Below, in pieces: positions 29,870 to 39,193 of a stretch of 64,000 nt of DNA. The translations under genes were made by a program, and so were the position numbers. The DNA comes from Minisyncoccota bacterium (lineage in GTDB: Bacteria; Patescibacteriota; Minisyncoccia; Phycocordibacterales; UBA9973), in NCBI GenBank assembly GCA_035353995.1, contig DAOQAL010000001.1, positions 209,464-273,463 on the forward strand, in the 5' to 3' direction. The notes beneath the pieces are model-generated. The model was not told the DNA's origin, ran no database searches, and saw nothing but the letters and a program-made list of their open reading frames with translations. Every line of letters starts with the position of its first letter. Position 1 is the first letter of the stretch.

Positions 29870-31276
29870 ATGGATTTAAAAAATTTAACAATAGAAAAAG
29901 CAAGTGAGATGATGAGAGAGGGAAAGTTGACTTCAGTTGAACTTGTTTCTGCCTATTTAAAAAATATAGAAGAAAAAAATAAAGATCTAAATGCTTATTT
30001 GGAAGTTTTTGATGATTGCTTGGATCAAGCAAAAAAAGCAGATGAAATTATTAAAAATAAAAAAGGAAATAAATTAACTGGTATTCCAATTGCAATAAAA
30101 GACAATATTTTAATTAAAGGGAAAAAAGTTACTGCAGCGTCAAAAATTTTAGAAAATTATGTTGCAAGTTATGATGCATTTGTTATTAAAAAATTAAGAG
30201 AAGAAGGAGCTGTATTTATTGGAAGAACAAATATGGATGAATTTGCCATGGGAAGCTCAACTCAGACTTCTGCTTATGGTGTAACAAAAAATCCATACAA
30301 TGGAGGAGAATATGTGCCTGGTGGCTCTTCTGGAGGCTCTGCAGCTGCTGTTGCATCCGATATGGCACTTTGTGCTTTGGGTACAGAAACATGTGGTTCT
30401 GTAAGGCAACCTGCCTCTTTTTGTGGTTTGGTTGGTTTAAAACCTACATATGGTGCAGTATCACGTAATGGGATAATTGCTATGGGAAATTCACTTGATC
30501 AAGTTTCTCCATTTGGAAAATCTGTTGAAGATGCTCGAATATTATTTGATGCTATTGTTGGTAAAGATGATTTAGATTCCACATCAGTTAATTTTATAAA
30601 TAAAGAAAATATGATTGGTGGAAAAATTGGTATACCGTGGCATTTATTTCAAGATGGAGTTGATGAAGAGGTAATTTCTAATTTTAAAGAATCTGTAGAA
30701 AAATTAAAAAAAGCAGGTTTTGAAATTGTAGATATAGAATTACCTTACTCAAAATATTCTTTAGCTACATATTACATAATCATGCCTGCTGAAGTTTCTA
30801 CGAACTTGTCTAGATTTGATGGAGTAAGATATGGTCTTCGTAAAGAGGGAAGTGACGTGAACGATTCATATAAAAAAACAAGATCAGCAGGTTTTGGTGC
30901 AGAAACTAGAAGAAGAATAATACTTGGAACTTATGTACTTTCGCATGGATATTATGATGCTTATTATAATAAAGCATGGAAAGTTCGTCATGCAATAGAA
31001 AAAGAATTTGAAAAAACATTTCAAAATGTTGATTTTATAATGACTCCAACTACTCCGACACCAGCTTTTAAAATTGGTGAAAAATTAAATGACCCTGTAG
31101 CAATGTATTTATGTGATATTTTTTCAGCACCAGCAAATATAGCTGGAATACCAGCAATAGCATTGCCTTCAGGATTCACTAAGAATGGATTGCCACTATC
31201 TATTCAATTTATGGCTAATCATTTTCATGAAAAAGATCTTTTCCAAATAGGAAAAAAGTTTGAAGGAATCAAATAA
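29870..31276 (+). CDS. gatA: Asp/Glu-tRNA amidotransferase subunit A
   Basis: IKDN, NMDEFAMGSS, GGSSGGS, RFDGVRYG, RRIILGTYVLS. Confidence 0.96.
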   Translation: MDLKNLTIEKASEMMREGKLTSVELVSAYLKNIEEKNKDLNAYLEVFDDCLDQAKKADEIIKNKKGNKLTGIPIAIKDNILIKGKKVTAASKILENYVASYDAFVIKKLREEGAVFIGRTNMDEFAMGSSTQTSAYGVTKNPYNGGEYVPGGSSGGSAAAVASDMALCALGTETCGSVRQPASFCGLVGLKPTYGAVSRNGIIAMGNSLDQVSPFGKSVEDARILFDAIVGKDDLDSTSVNFINKENMIGGKIGIPWHLFQDGVDEEVISNFKESVEKLKKAGFEIVDIELPYSKYSLATYYIIMPAEVSTNLSRFDGVRYGLRKEGSDVNDSYKKTRSAGFGAETRRRIILGTYVLSHGYYDAYYNKAWKVRHAIEKEFEKTFQNVDFIMTPTTPTPAFKIGEKLNDPVAMYLCDIFSAPANIAGIPAIALPSGFTKNGLPLSIQFMANHFHEKDLFQIGKKFEGIK

Positions 31277-31299
31277 AACTGTATGGTATAATATTAAAT

Positions 31300-31950
31300 A
31301 TGGATTTGTCACAAACATTTAATTCAAATAATCAAGCGACAGAAGAACTTCTTTTTAATTCTAAATTTTTTGATTTTGATAAAATTTTGAGTGGCATATA
31401 TAATTTTTTTATTAATTTATTTGACCCATTATCTCAACCAACAGCGATTGGTAATATTGTAAAATTTATTCTTGCTCTTTTTTCTATATTTTTTATTTTT
31501 ATAATTATTTACTCTGTAATAAAAATTTTTGAAGTCAGAAAAAAAGAACATGAATATATAGAGCATGAAATTGCTGAATTTAGGCGTAAACAAATTGAGA
31601 AAGAAAAAATAGCTTCAGAAAAAAGGACAGGTTCAAATAATGAAAAATGGGAAGCTGTTTTGCAATATCTTTTTTCTGATAGTCCTAGTGATTGGAAATT
31701 ATCAGTAATTGAAGCGGATGCAATGCTAAATGAATTGATGGATAGGCTTAATTTCAAAGGAGAAAATTTAGCAGAAAAACTAAAATCTGCAGATAGGGAA
31801 AATTTTAAAAAGTTAAGTTCTGCTTGGGAAGTTCATTTAATAAGAAATAAAATTGCACACGAGGGAATAGAGTTTGAGCTTTCTCACCATGAAGCAAAAA
31901 GAGTGATTGCATTGTATGAAGAGATTTTTAGAGAGTATGATTTTATTTAA
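31300..31950 (+). CDS. Hypothetical membrane protein
   Basis: One TM; 'VIEADAML', 'AWEVHLIRNKIAH'. Confidence 0.75.
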   Translation: MDLSQTFNSNNQATEELLFNSKFFDFDKILSGIYNFFINLFDPLSQPTAIGNIVKFILALFSIFFIFIIIYSVIKIFEVRKKEHEYIEHEIAEFRRKQIEKEKIASEKRTGSNNEKWEAVLQYLFSDSPSDWKLSVIEADAMLNELMDRLNFKGENLAEKLKSADRENFKKLSSAWEVHLIRNKIAHEGIEFELSHHEAKRVIALYEEIFREYDFI

Positions 31951-31961
31951 AAATTTAATTG

Positions 31962-32032
31962 TTGCGGGGTCTGGAATCGAACCAGAGTCTTAAGGTTATG
32001 AGCCTTACGAGATACCTCTTCTCTACCCCGCT
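31962..32032 (-). tRNA. tRNA-Met(CAT), probable initiator
   Basis: A1/A72 mismatch with GCGGGG/CCCCGC acceptor; TAAGG-CTCATAA-CCTTA; compact 71 nt. Confidence 0.9.
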
Positions 32033-32169
32033 ATTTTATTTATTAGAGAGAGATACCTCTTCTCTCGAAGTTTTACGTATGGTATAAGTATAATACGAAA
32101 TATTATCTTTGTAAAGAAAATTTGAAAAAAGGCCAAAATATGCTATATTACAAAGGCAAGTGCTAAAAA

Positions 32170-32259
32170 GGGCGGCTCGGCCAATAGCCTCGCATCGCCC
32201 TAATGCTTTTGTTTGTGGTAGTGCCATCGACAAAAAGCAAAGCAGTTTGCTTTTTGTCG
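32170..32259. repeat. Palindromic element in a tRNA leader
   Basis: gggcg-gctcggccaatagcctcgc-atcgccc plus a perfect 14-bp hairpin cgacaaaaagcaaa/tttgctttttgtcg overlapping the tRNA 5' end. Confidence 0.6.
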
Positions 32260-32329
32260 GCGTAGCTCAGTTGGTTAGAGCGTGGGACTCATAAGCCCAA
32301 GGTCGGTAGTTCGATCCTACCCGCCGACA
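32256..32329 (+). tRNA. tRNA with CAT anticodon (elongator Met or Ile2)
   Basis: GTCGGCG/CGCCGAC acceptor, TAGCTCAGTTGGTTAGAGC, CTCATAA loop, TTCGATC. Confidence 0.92.
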
Positions 32330-32427
32330 CATTAAATAACCCTTTGATTTTATAGAAAATTATGTATAATACAAGAATATGCTTTTTCTTCACAGAAAGA
32401 AGAGTATATTTGAAAAGTATATAAAAT

Positions 32428-32502
32428 GCGGTCGTAGCTCAACTTGGTTAGAGCACTCGCCTGTCACGCGAGAGGTTGCCGGTTCAAGTCCGGTCGGCCG
32501 CG
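32428..32502 (+). tRNA. tRNA-Asp(GTC)
   Basis: GCGGTCG/CGGCCGC acceptor, CTCGC-CTGTCAC-GCGAG, TTCAAGT. Confidence 0.96.
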
Positions 32503-32507
32503 CATAT

Positions 32508-32538
32508 GAAAAACGCCTATTTTGTATAGGTGTTTTTC
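32508..32538 (+). terminator. Terminator after tRNA-Asp
   Basis: gaaaaacgcctat-tttgt-ataggtgtttttc. Confidence 0.75.
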
Positions 32539-32576
32539 TGTGGACTGACTAGGTGAAGAACTGGTATAATATATTT

Positions 32577-33146
32577 ATGGAAAACAAATCAAAGTTAAAC
32601 ACGATTTTGTTGATTATTATTATAATTTTATTAGTTGGTGGACTAAGTTATTTTTTCTTTAATAATTCAAGACAAGAAAAAAATGATAATTTTATAAATA
32701 AAATAGCTGAAAAGAAAGACAATAACAATACAAATGGGGAAATTATGTGCACCGCGGATTCTAAACAATGTCCAGATGGTTCTTATGTCGGACGAACTGG
32801 AATAAATTGTGAATTTATTTGCCCAGAAGCAAAAAAGGTTGAAAACAAAACAGTTGTAATTGGAGAACCCTTTGAACTTAGTGTTGGAGAAAGTGTAAAT
32901 TTTAATCAAGGTGATTCAGTAAAATTTTTAAAAGTAGTAAAAGGTATACCAGGAACTTGTGGTAATGATGTTCAAAATTGTCCTGATTCAGTTACTCTTT
33001 CTTTCATAAGTAATCTTACTGGGGAAACTAATGAATTTTCTTTAGGTGCTTTTCTGCCATACAAGATAGGCAATGTAGATATAGTCTTTATGAATAAAAT
33101 AAATGACAATACTTATAAATTTAAAATTTCTCCTACTAAATTTTAA
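32577..33146 (+). CDS. Membrane-anchored protein with a Cys-rich 'CTADSKQCPDGSYVGR..NCEF' module
   Basis: N-terminal TM; start set to ATG 32577, 6 nt after TGGTATAAT. Confidence 0.8.
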   Translation: MENKSKLNTILLIIIIILLVGGLSYFFFNNSRQEKNDNFINKIAEKKDNNNTNGEIMCTADSKQCPDGSYVGRTGINCEFICPEAKKVENKTVVIGEPFELSVGESVNFNQGDSVKFLKVVKGIPGTCGNDVQNCPDSVTLSFISNLTGETNEFSLGAFLPYKIGNVDIVFMNKINDNTYKFKISPTKF

Positions 33147-33189
33147 TTAAAAAACAGAAACTGGTACTTTATAGTTTTTCCCTTAATCT

Positions 33190-33219
33190 GGTATAAAAAT
33201 ATACCTATTGTATTTTAGT
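33190..33219. repeat. 30-bp gene-end repeat, copy 1
   Basis: ggtataaaaatatacctattgtattttagt, identical at 34516-34545; 13-nt partial copy at 34015-34027. Confidence 0.9.
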
Positions 33220-33270
33220 TTCCAGTTTTTAAGCTGGCTTATTGTGCGAAGGAATTGATATAATCATTTT

Positions 33271-33933
33271 ATGAATATTAAATGGATTTTTTTTGATATT
33301 GGAGGAGTATTAGCTGATGAATCAGAATTTCAAAAGATTCGTGAAAATTATAATTGGGAGACTGTTAAACATTTTGAATTAAATACTACTAAAGAAGAAA
33401 TTATGGCTATTTGGCCTGAGGCTAGTGGAATGATAGGGGACTTAGATATAAATATTGTTTCTCTTGCATTAAAAGATAAAAGTAAAATTATTGAAGCTGT
33501 AGAATTAATGAAAACAAAAAGATCTGAGGCTCCTAGCTATTATGATTTACTTAAAGTTCGTGAAGAAGCAAAAGAAGTTATTTCAAAATTATCTCAAAAA
33601 TACAAACTTGGAATTATTGCAAACCAAAATTCTAAAGTTAAGGAAAAATTAAAAGAAGCAGATTTATTAAAATATTTTCAAAATACAGATGTTTCTGGTG
33701 ATCATAAACTAAATAAACCCAATTCTGAATTATTTAAAAAAATATTTGAAATTACTGGAGCTAGCCCAGTAGAGTCTGTAATGATTGATGACAATATTGA
33801 AAGAGGACTTTCTCCAGCTAAAAACCTTAATATGACTACTGTTTGGTATAGATTAACAGATAGAAATAATATACCTACTAACACCGTTGATTATACTGTT
33901 GTATCGCTTATGGAACTATTAAAAATTTTTTAA
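33271..33933 (+). CDS. HAD-superfamily hydrolase
   Basis: FFDIGGVL, KP, MIDD motifs. Confidence 0.9.
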   Translation: MNIKWIFFDIGGVLADESEFQKIRENYNWETVKHFELNTTKEEIMAIWPEASGMIGDLDINIVSLALKDKSKIIEAVELMKTKRSEAPSYYDLLKVREEAKEVISKLSQKYKLGIIANQNSKVKEKLKEADLLKYFQNTDVSGDHKLNKPNSELFKKIFEITGASPVESVMIDDNIERGLSPAKNLNMTTVWYRLTDRNNIPTNTVDYTVVSLMELLKIF

Positions 33934-34064
33934 CATATATTTTATACATAAATATAGTTGTTATGTTCTCTAATAGTAAATAAAAACTTAGATTAAGTAG
34001 AAAAAAGTTTTTTTGGTATAAAAATATGTGCCATGAATATTTTTTAAAATGGTATAATATATTT

Positions 34065-34511
34065 ATGGAACCTATAAAAGACAAGTCATTTGGAGTAATG
34101 CCTATATTTAAAAATACTGAAGGGAATTTTCTTTTTTGTTTGGTCCAGCATCAAGGAGAGCATTGGGGTTTTCCAAAAGGTCATCCAAATCCTGGTGAAC
34201 CAGAAGAAGAAACTGCAAAGCGAGAATTAGGAGAAGAAACGGGGATTACGGACATTAAAATTATCTCTGGTGTATCTTTTAATCAACAATATACATTTGA
34301 AAAAGATGGAATAGTTTACGATAAATCTGTGAAATATTTTCCTGGATTTGTTTCTGATATTAACACATCAATTCCAGATGATTTCAAGCATGAAATTTCT
34401 GAAATGAAATGGTTGCCATTTAAAGAAGCAAGAGAGTTAATAACTTTTGATAATGCTAAGGTTCTGTTTGATGAATTGGGAGAATACCTAAATAGAATGT
34501 CTTTTACTTAA
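34065..34511 (+). CDS. Nudix hydrolase (Ap4A hydrolase-like)
   Basis: WGFPKGHPNPGEPEEETAKRELGEETG Nudix box; start set to ATG 34065. Confidence 0.9.
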   Translation: MEPIKDKSFGVMPIFKNTEGNFLFCLVQHQGEHWGFPKGHPNPGEPEEETAKRELGEETGITDIKIISGVSFNQQYTFEKDGIVYDKSVKYFPGFVSDINTSIPDDFKHEISEMKWLPFKEARELITFDNAKVLFDELGEYLNRMSFT

Positions 34512-34515
34512 AGTA

Positions 34516-34545
34516 GGTATAAAAATATACCTATTGTATTTTAGT
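34516..34545. repeat. 30-bp gene-end repeat, copy 2
   Basis: Identical to 33190-33219. Confidence 0.9.
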
Positions 34546-34612
34546 ATTTTAGTTCCTATTTCGTCCACTAATGATTAATTTTTGAAAAATATTAAAGAAA
34601 ATTATGGTTAAA

Positions 34613-34640
34613 AAATAACCCCTGTATAAAAATACAGGGG
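34613..34640 (-). terminator. Hairpin / probable terminator downstream of the DGR-target-like gene
   Basis: cccctgtat-aaaa-atacagggg followed by a T-rich tail on the minus strand. Confidence 0.6.
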
Positions 34641-34692
34641 CGGAAGTTAAATACCTCCATTTTTTTCGCGAAATGCACAAAGAACAAAGGAT

Positions 34693-35359
34693 CTAAGAAA
34701 CCAAAGTTTCAGAAATCACAGTACTACTTGCGAGAACAGCAGACGGGTCATCAGCGCTCCAATCAAACCCCAAGCCAATTGCAGAACCAGCTCCACCCAC
34801 CATCGCGCCAGTACAAGCACAGGACATAACGGACACCGCTAGAGTGCCGAAGAACAGTTCCATCAAAGAAAATATATGTCGTATTTCCGTTTGTTTTTTC
34901 TTTCCATTTTTCAGGAATGAGGATTTGGTTTTCCCAAAGTGTTTTGAAAATACCAGCATCCAAACGAATACGATTTGTTTTTTCTTTGAGACGTTTGAGT
35001 TTGTCTTCACCTTTAATGCTTTTTTCTCCCTTTTCCAAGGTTGAGTCAAACATAACCTCGGTTAGGTCAATTTCGGTGAGAGCAATTGCTCTTTCGTCTT
35101 GTTCTTCAATTGACCAGCCATTACCAATAAAGGTTTTGGGGTCAAACGGGATCGAGCGGTCAATGTTGATTACCCTTGGGCTATCAACTATAACTTTTCC
35201 ACCATTTTTCAAAAACGCAGTGAACTGTTTACCAGCTTCTTTCGGGTTTTTTATAACCTGTTCCTGTAACATATCACCATCCAGAACACTCCAGTCCACA
35301 TTGTTAGCAAGGATTTGGATAACTGAATGAGATTGGTCAATACTCACTGATTTACTCAT
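34693..35359 (-). pseudogene. DGR target-like protein with a 1-nt frameshift in the C-terminal variable region
   Basis: Frame A ends RYVLCLYWRDGGWSWFCNWLGV*; the adjacent frame continues FDWSADDPSAVLAS to TAG at 34693. One extra base lies in the GGGGTTT run near 34765-34771. Confidence 0.72.
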
Positions 35360-35409
35360 TGTTTTATCTCCTTATTCGTTTATTAAGAACAACATCGTTC
35401 TTAGTGTAT

Positions 35410-35439
35410 ATTATAGCATAATATAACACATTATGTCAA
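35410..35439 (-). promoter_or_regulatory. Consensus sigma70 promoter of the DGR-target-like gene
   Basis: TTGACA-18 nt-TATAAT with TGn; AAGGAG Shine-Dalgarno before ATG. Confidence 0.8.
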
Positions 35440-35512
35440 TATGGCTAGTTTTTCTGATTTTAATTTAAGTACGAATGTGTGCAAACAGTAGATTAAATTT
35501 TACTTAATTATT

Positions 35513-35716
35513 TTATTTCTGTTCTTCTGTTGTTGTGTTTTCTTTTGTATTGTTACTGTATGTATTATCATGAGTTACTTTTTTGTTGCTTTTCTTAAAA
35601 ATTTTACGAATACTATTTACAAGCTTTACAGAAAACTCTGGAATTTTTTTTGATCCAAATAGCAGTATAACTATAACTGCAATTATTATTAATTCTTTTA
35701 TTCCTAATCCAAACAT
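35513..35716 (-). CDS. tatA: Twin-arginine translocase TatA/E-like protein
   Basis: MFGLGIKELIIIAVIVILLFGSKKIPE signature. Confidence 0.8.
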   Translation of the reverse strand: MFGLGIKELIIIAVIVILLFGSKKIPEFSVKLVNSIRKIFKKSNKKVTHDNTYSNNTKENTTTEEQK

Positions 35717-35998
35717 ATATTTTAATTGATTAATTTATTAATAATTCAAAACGCGACCAAACTATAAGGCTATCTAACCCATTAATTTTAAACCAGTATA
35801 TATAATAAGTAAAGAACCTTGACAATGGTTTTTCTATGAGTATAATCATAGAATGATTGGTAGATTGAGTTTCGGATGCATACTCCATATTATTAATTAG
35901 TATTAATTTAATTAGTATCCGAAATAAATAATAAAAAGCTATAAAGCGTTTTTTTCGCTTATGGCTGTATCTATTTATTTTTTGGATTTTTTATAAAA

Positions 35999-38900
35999 AT
36001 GCAAAAAGAAGCTAACCGTCCCAAAAAAGTTTTTTCAAGATATAAGAAGCCGTTAATAGAATTTCCCAATTTGATAGATGCACAAGTTAAGTCTTACAAA
36101 TGGTTAGTGGAAACTGGAATAAAAGAAGTTTTAAAAGAATTCTCTCCAATATCTGATTATTCTGGTAAAAAATTTCAATTAGAATTTACTTCTTTCTATC
36201 TTGGTGAGTCAAAATCTGATGAAAATGATTCAAAAATAAATAAAGTTTCTTATCAAGGACAATTAAAAGCAAGAGTAAAGCTTACTAATAAAATACTCGG
36301 AACAGTAAAAGAACAAGAAATATTTATGTCAGACTTACCGTTGATGACTTCACACGGTACTTTCATTATCAACGGAGTAGAACGTGTTATAGTTCCTCAA
36401 CTTGCACGTTCTTTCGGTTTTTTCTTTACAGAGTCTGAGTTAAAAGGAAAGAGATGTTTTGGTGCAAAAATTATTCCTGCAAGAGGAGTATGGATTGAAA
36501 TTGAATCTGAAGCCGATGGAGCAATTTATGTAAGAATAGATAAAAAGAGAAAGTTTCCAGTTACTGCATTATTGCGAGTAATGGGTTTTCATACTGATGA
36601 GATGATATTGAAAGAATTGAAAGGGGATAGTTTAATGGAAGAAACTATTAAGACTTGTTTTTCTAAAGATACAGCAAAAACACTTGAAGATGCATATATT
36701 GAAATATATAAACGTCTAAGAGATGGCGATATGGCAACAGCTGATAATGCGAAAGAGTTTATTGATTCATTATTTACTTCAGAAAGATATGATCTTTCTC
36801 CTGTTGGAAGATATCGTTTTAATAAAAGATTTGAAAAAAGTATGGACGAAGAAGAACTTACTCGTCGTACTATATCAAAAGAAGATTTAGTTACTGTAGT
36901 TATGAATATTATTAATTTGAACAGTAATCCTCAAGCAAAACCTGATGATATTGACCACTTAGGACAAAGACGTGTTCGTTTTGTTGGAGAAATGCTTCAA
37001 CAAAAGATTCGTACAGGAATGATGCAAATCAAAAGAAATATTCAAGACAGAATGTCAATTATTGATGTTGATACAGCTATGCCTATACAAGTTATTAACC
37101 AAAGACCTCTTCAAGCTCGTATAAAAGAATTTTTCACAACAAACCAACTATCTCAATTTATGAGTCAAGAAAACATTCTTGCTGAGATAGAACATATAAG
37201 ATTACTTTCTGCTCTTGGTCCAGGAGGACTTACTCGTGAACGTGCAGGCTTAGAAGTTCGTGATGTCCATCCTTCCCATTATGGAAGAGTTTGTCCAATT
37301 CATACGCCCGAAGGTCCGAACATCGGTCTTATTGTTCACCTTTCAACTTATTCTAGAATAAATGATTTTGGAATTATTGAAACACCATATGTGAAAGTAA
37401 AGAATGGAAAAATTACAAATGAAATAAGTTATCTAAATGCACTAGATGAAGAAAAATATAATATTGCTCATGCAGGAATTCCTTACGATGAAAATGGAGT
37501 AATAACAGAAAAAAAAGTTGAAGCAAGAATAAAAAATGTTCCAGGAATAATTTCTAAAGATGAAGTTGATTTTATTGATGTTGCAGCAAACCAAGCATTC
37601 TCTATTGCAACTTCAATGATTCCATTCTTGGAACATAATGATGCAAATAGAGCACTCATGGGATCAAACATGCAGAAGCAAGCTGTTCCTTGTATATCTC
37701 CAGAAGCACCTCTTGTTGCAACAGGAATTGAGGAATTAGCTTCTAGAGATTCAGGAAGATTGGTTATTGCAGAAGAAGCTGGAGTTGTAAGTTATGTAGA
37801 TTCTAAAAAAATAATAGTTCAAGGAAAAACAGAAAAAGTTTATCCACTTGTAAATTTCTTAAGAAATAATAACTTCTCTGCATTCCATCAACGTCCAAAT
37901 ATAAATATGGGAGATAAGGTTAAAAAGGGTGATGTATTAGCAGACACTTCAAGTACTGTAGGAGGACAAATTTCTATTGGTCAAAACATTTTTGTTGCAT
38001 TTCTTTCTTGGTCTGGTTCAAACTACGAAGACGCTATAATTATTTCTGAAAGATTAGTAAAGAGAAGTAAATTTACAAGTATTTATCTTGAAGAATTTAT
38101 TTGCACAGTGCGAGATACAAAACTTGGACCTGAAATAACTACTCGCGATATACCGAATGTTGGAGAAGTTAAATTAAAGGATTTGGATGAAGATGGAATT
38201 GTTAGAATAGGAGCTGAAGTTAGAGAGAATGATATTTTAGTTGGTAAAATTACACCAAAAGGTGAAACAGAACTTACACCAGAAGAAAGATTGCTCCGTT
38301 CAATTTTTGCTGAAAAAGCTCGTGATGTTAAAGATACTTCTTTACGTGTAGAACATGGGAAGAGAGGAAGAGTTATAGGAGTTAAAATTTTCTCTCGTGA
38401 TCTTGGACATACACTTGAAGCTGGAATAATTAAAAAAATAGTAATCGAAGTAGCTCAAGTTAGAAATATATCAGTTGGAGATAAACTTTCTGGACGTCAT
38501 GGTAACAAAGGAGTTATATCTACAATTTTACCTGAAGAAGATATGCCATATACAGCAGATGGTACTCCAGTTGATATAATTTTGTCTCCACTCGGTGTTC
38601 CTTCTCGTATGAACTTGGGACAGATTTTGGAAATGCATCTTGGTATGGCTGCAAATACATTAGGGTATCAAGCTATAGTTCCTCCTTTCTTAGGAGCAAG
38701 ACAAGAAGAAATAAAAGAAGAATTGAAAAAAGCAGGAATTCCTGAAAATGGAAAATTGAAACTTTTTGATGGACGAACAGGAGAAGCTTTTGGACAGGAT
38801 ATAGCTGTTGGATATATGTATATGTTGAAACTTCACCATATGGTAGAAGATAAAATACATATGCGTTCCATTGGTCCTTATTCGCTTATAACTCAACAAC

Positions 38901-39169
38901 CTCTTGGAGGAAAAGCTCAAGGTGGAGGACAGAGATTTGGAGAAATGGAAGTCTGGGCTTTGGAAGGTTATGGTGCTGCTTATACTTTGCGAGAAATGCT
39001 TACTATTAAGTCTGACGATATATTAGGTCGTTCTCAGACTTTTGATAATATTATTAAGAATGAACCTATTAAATCTCCAAACTCTCCAGCTTCTTTCAAT
39101 GTCATGTTGAATTATTTGCGTGGTCTTGCTTTAGATGTGAAGCTAGAAAAAGGTTTTGATCAGGAATAA
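35999..39169 (+). CDS. rpoB: RNA polymerase beta subunit
   Basis: GTFIINGVERV, RDVHPSHYGR, GDKLSGRHGNKG, GGQRFGEME. Confidence 0.99.
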   Translation: MQKEANRPKKVFSRYKKPLIEFPNLIDAQVKSYKWLVETGIKEVLKEFSPISDYSGKKFQLEFTSFYLGESKSDENDSKINKVSYQGQLKARVKLTNKILGTVKEQEIFMSDLPLMTSHGTFIINGVERVIVPQLARSFGFFFTESELKGKRCFGAKIIPARGVWIEIESEADGAIYVRIDKKRKFPVTALLRVMGFHTDEMILKELKGDSLMEETIKTCFSKDTAKTLEDAYIEIYKRLRDGDMATADNAKEFIDSLFTSERYDLSPVGRYRFNKRFEKSMDEEELTRRTISKEDLVTVVMNIINLNSNPQAKPDDIDHLGQRRVRFVGEMLQQKIRTGMMQIKRNIQDRMSIIDVDTAMPIQVINQRPLQARIKEFFTTNQLSQFMSQENILAEIEHIRLLSALGPGGLTRERAGLEVRDVHPSHYGRVCPIHTPEGPNIGLIVHLSTYSRINDFGIIETPYVKVKNGKITNEISYLNALDEEKYNIAHAGIPYDENGVITEKKVEARIKNVPGIISKDEVDFIDVAANQAFSIATSMIPFLEHNDANRALMGSNMQKQAVPCISPEAPLVATGIEELASRDSGRLVIAEEAGVVSYVDSKKIIVQGKTEKVYPLVNFLRNNNFSAFHQRPNINMGDKVKKGDVLADTSSTVGGQISIGQNIFVAFLSWSGSNYEDAIIISERLVKRSKFTSIYLEEFICTVRDTKLGPEITTRDIPNVGEVKLKDLDEDGIVRIGAEVRENDILVGKITPKGETELTPEERLLRSIFAEKARDVKDTSLRVEHGKRGRVIGVKIFSRDLGHTLEAGIIKKIVIEVAQVRNISVGDKLSGRHGNKGVISTILPEEDMPYTADGTPVDIILSPLGVPSRMNLGQILEMHLGMAANTLGYQAIVPPFLGARQEEIKEELKKAGIPENGKLKLFDGRTGEAFGQDIAVGYMYMLKLHHMVEDKIHMRSIGPYSLITQQPLGGKAQGGGQRFGEMEVWALEGYGAAYTLREMLTIKSDDILGRSQTFDNIIKNEPIKSPNSPASFNVMLNYLRGLALDVKLEKGFDQE

Positions 39170-39193
39170 TTATTAATAATAAATAAAAAATAT

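Noticed and set aside
32036-32233. 65-aa ORF on the minus strand
   Set aside because: It spans divergent tRNA promoters and the palindromic element and has no protein-like features.
33927-33967. attC-like TAAC...GTTATGT after the HAD gene
   Set aside because: Too short for attC, the ends are not complementary, and there is no integron integrase in the window.
34763-34765. TGA readthrough or alternative genetic code (code 25) in the DGR-like gene
   Set aside because: The continuation is in a different frame, and conserved genes here contain no in-frame TGA.
34693-35049. 118-aa minus-strand ORF as an independent gene
   Set aside because: It is an out-of-frame overlap; only its last ~25 codons are the displaced tail of the 35359 gene.
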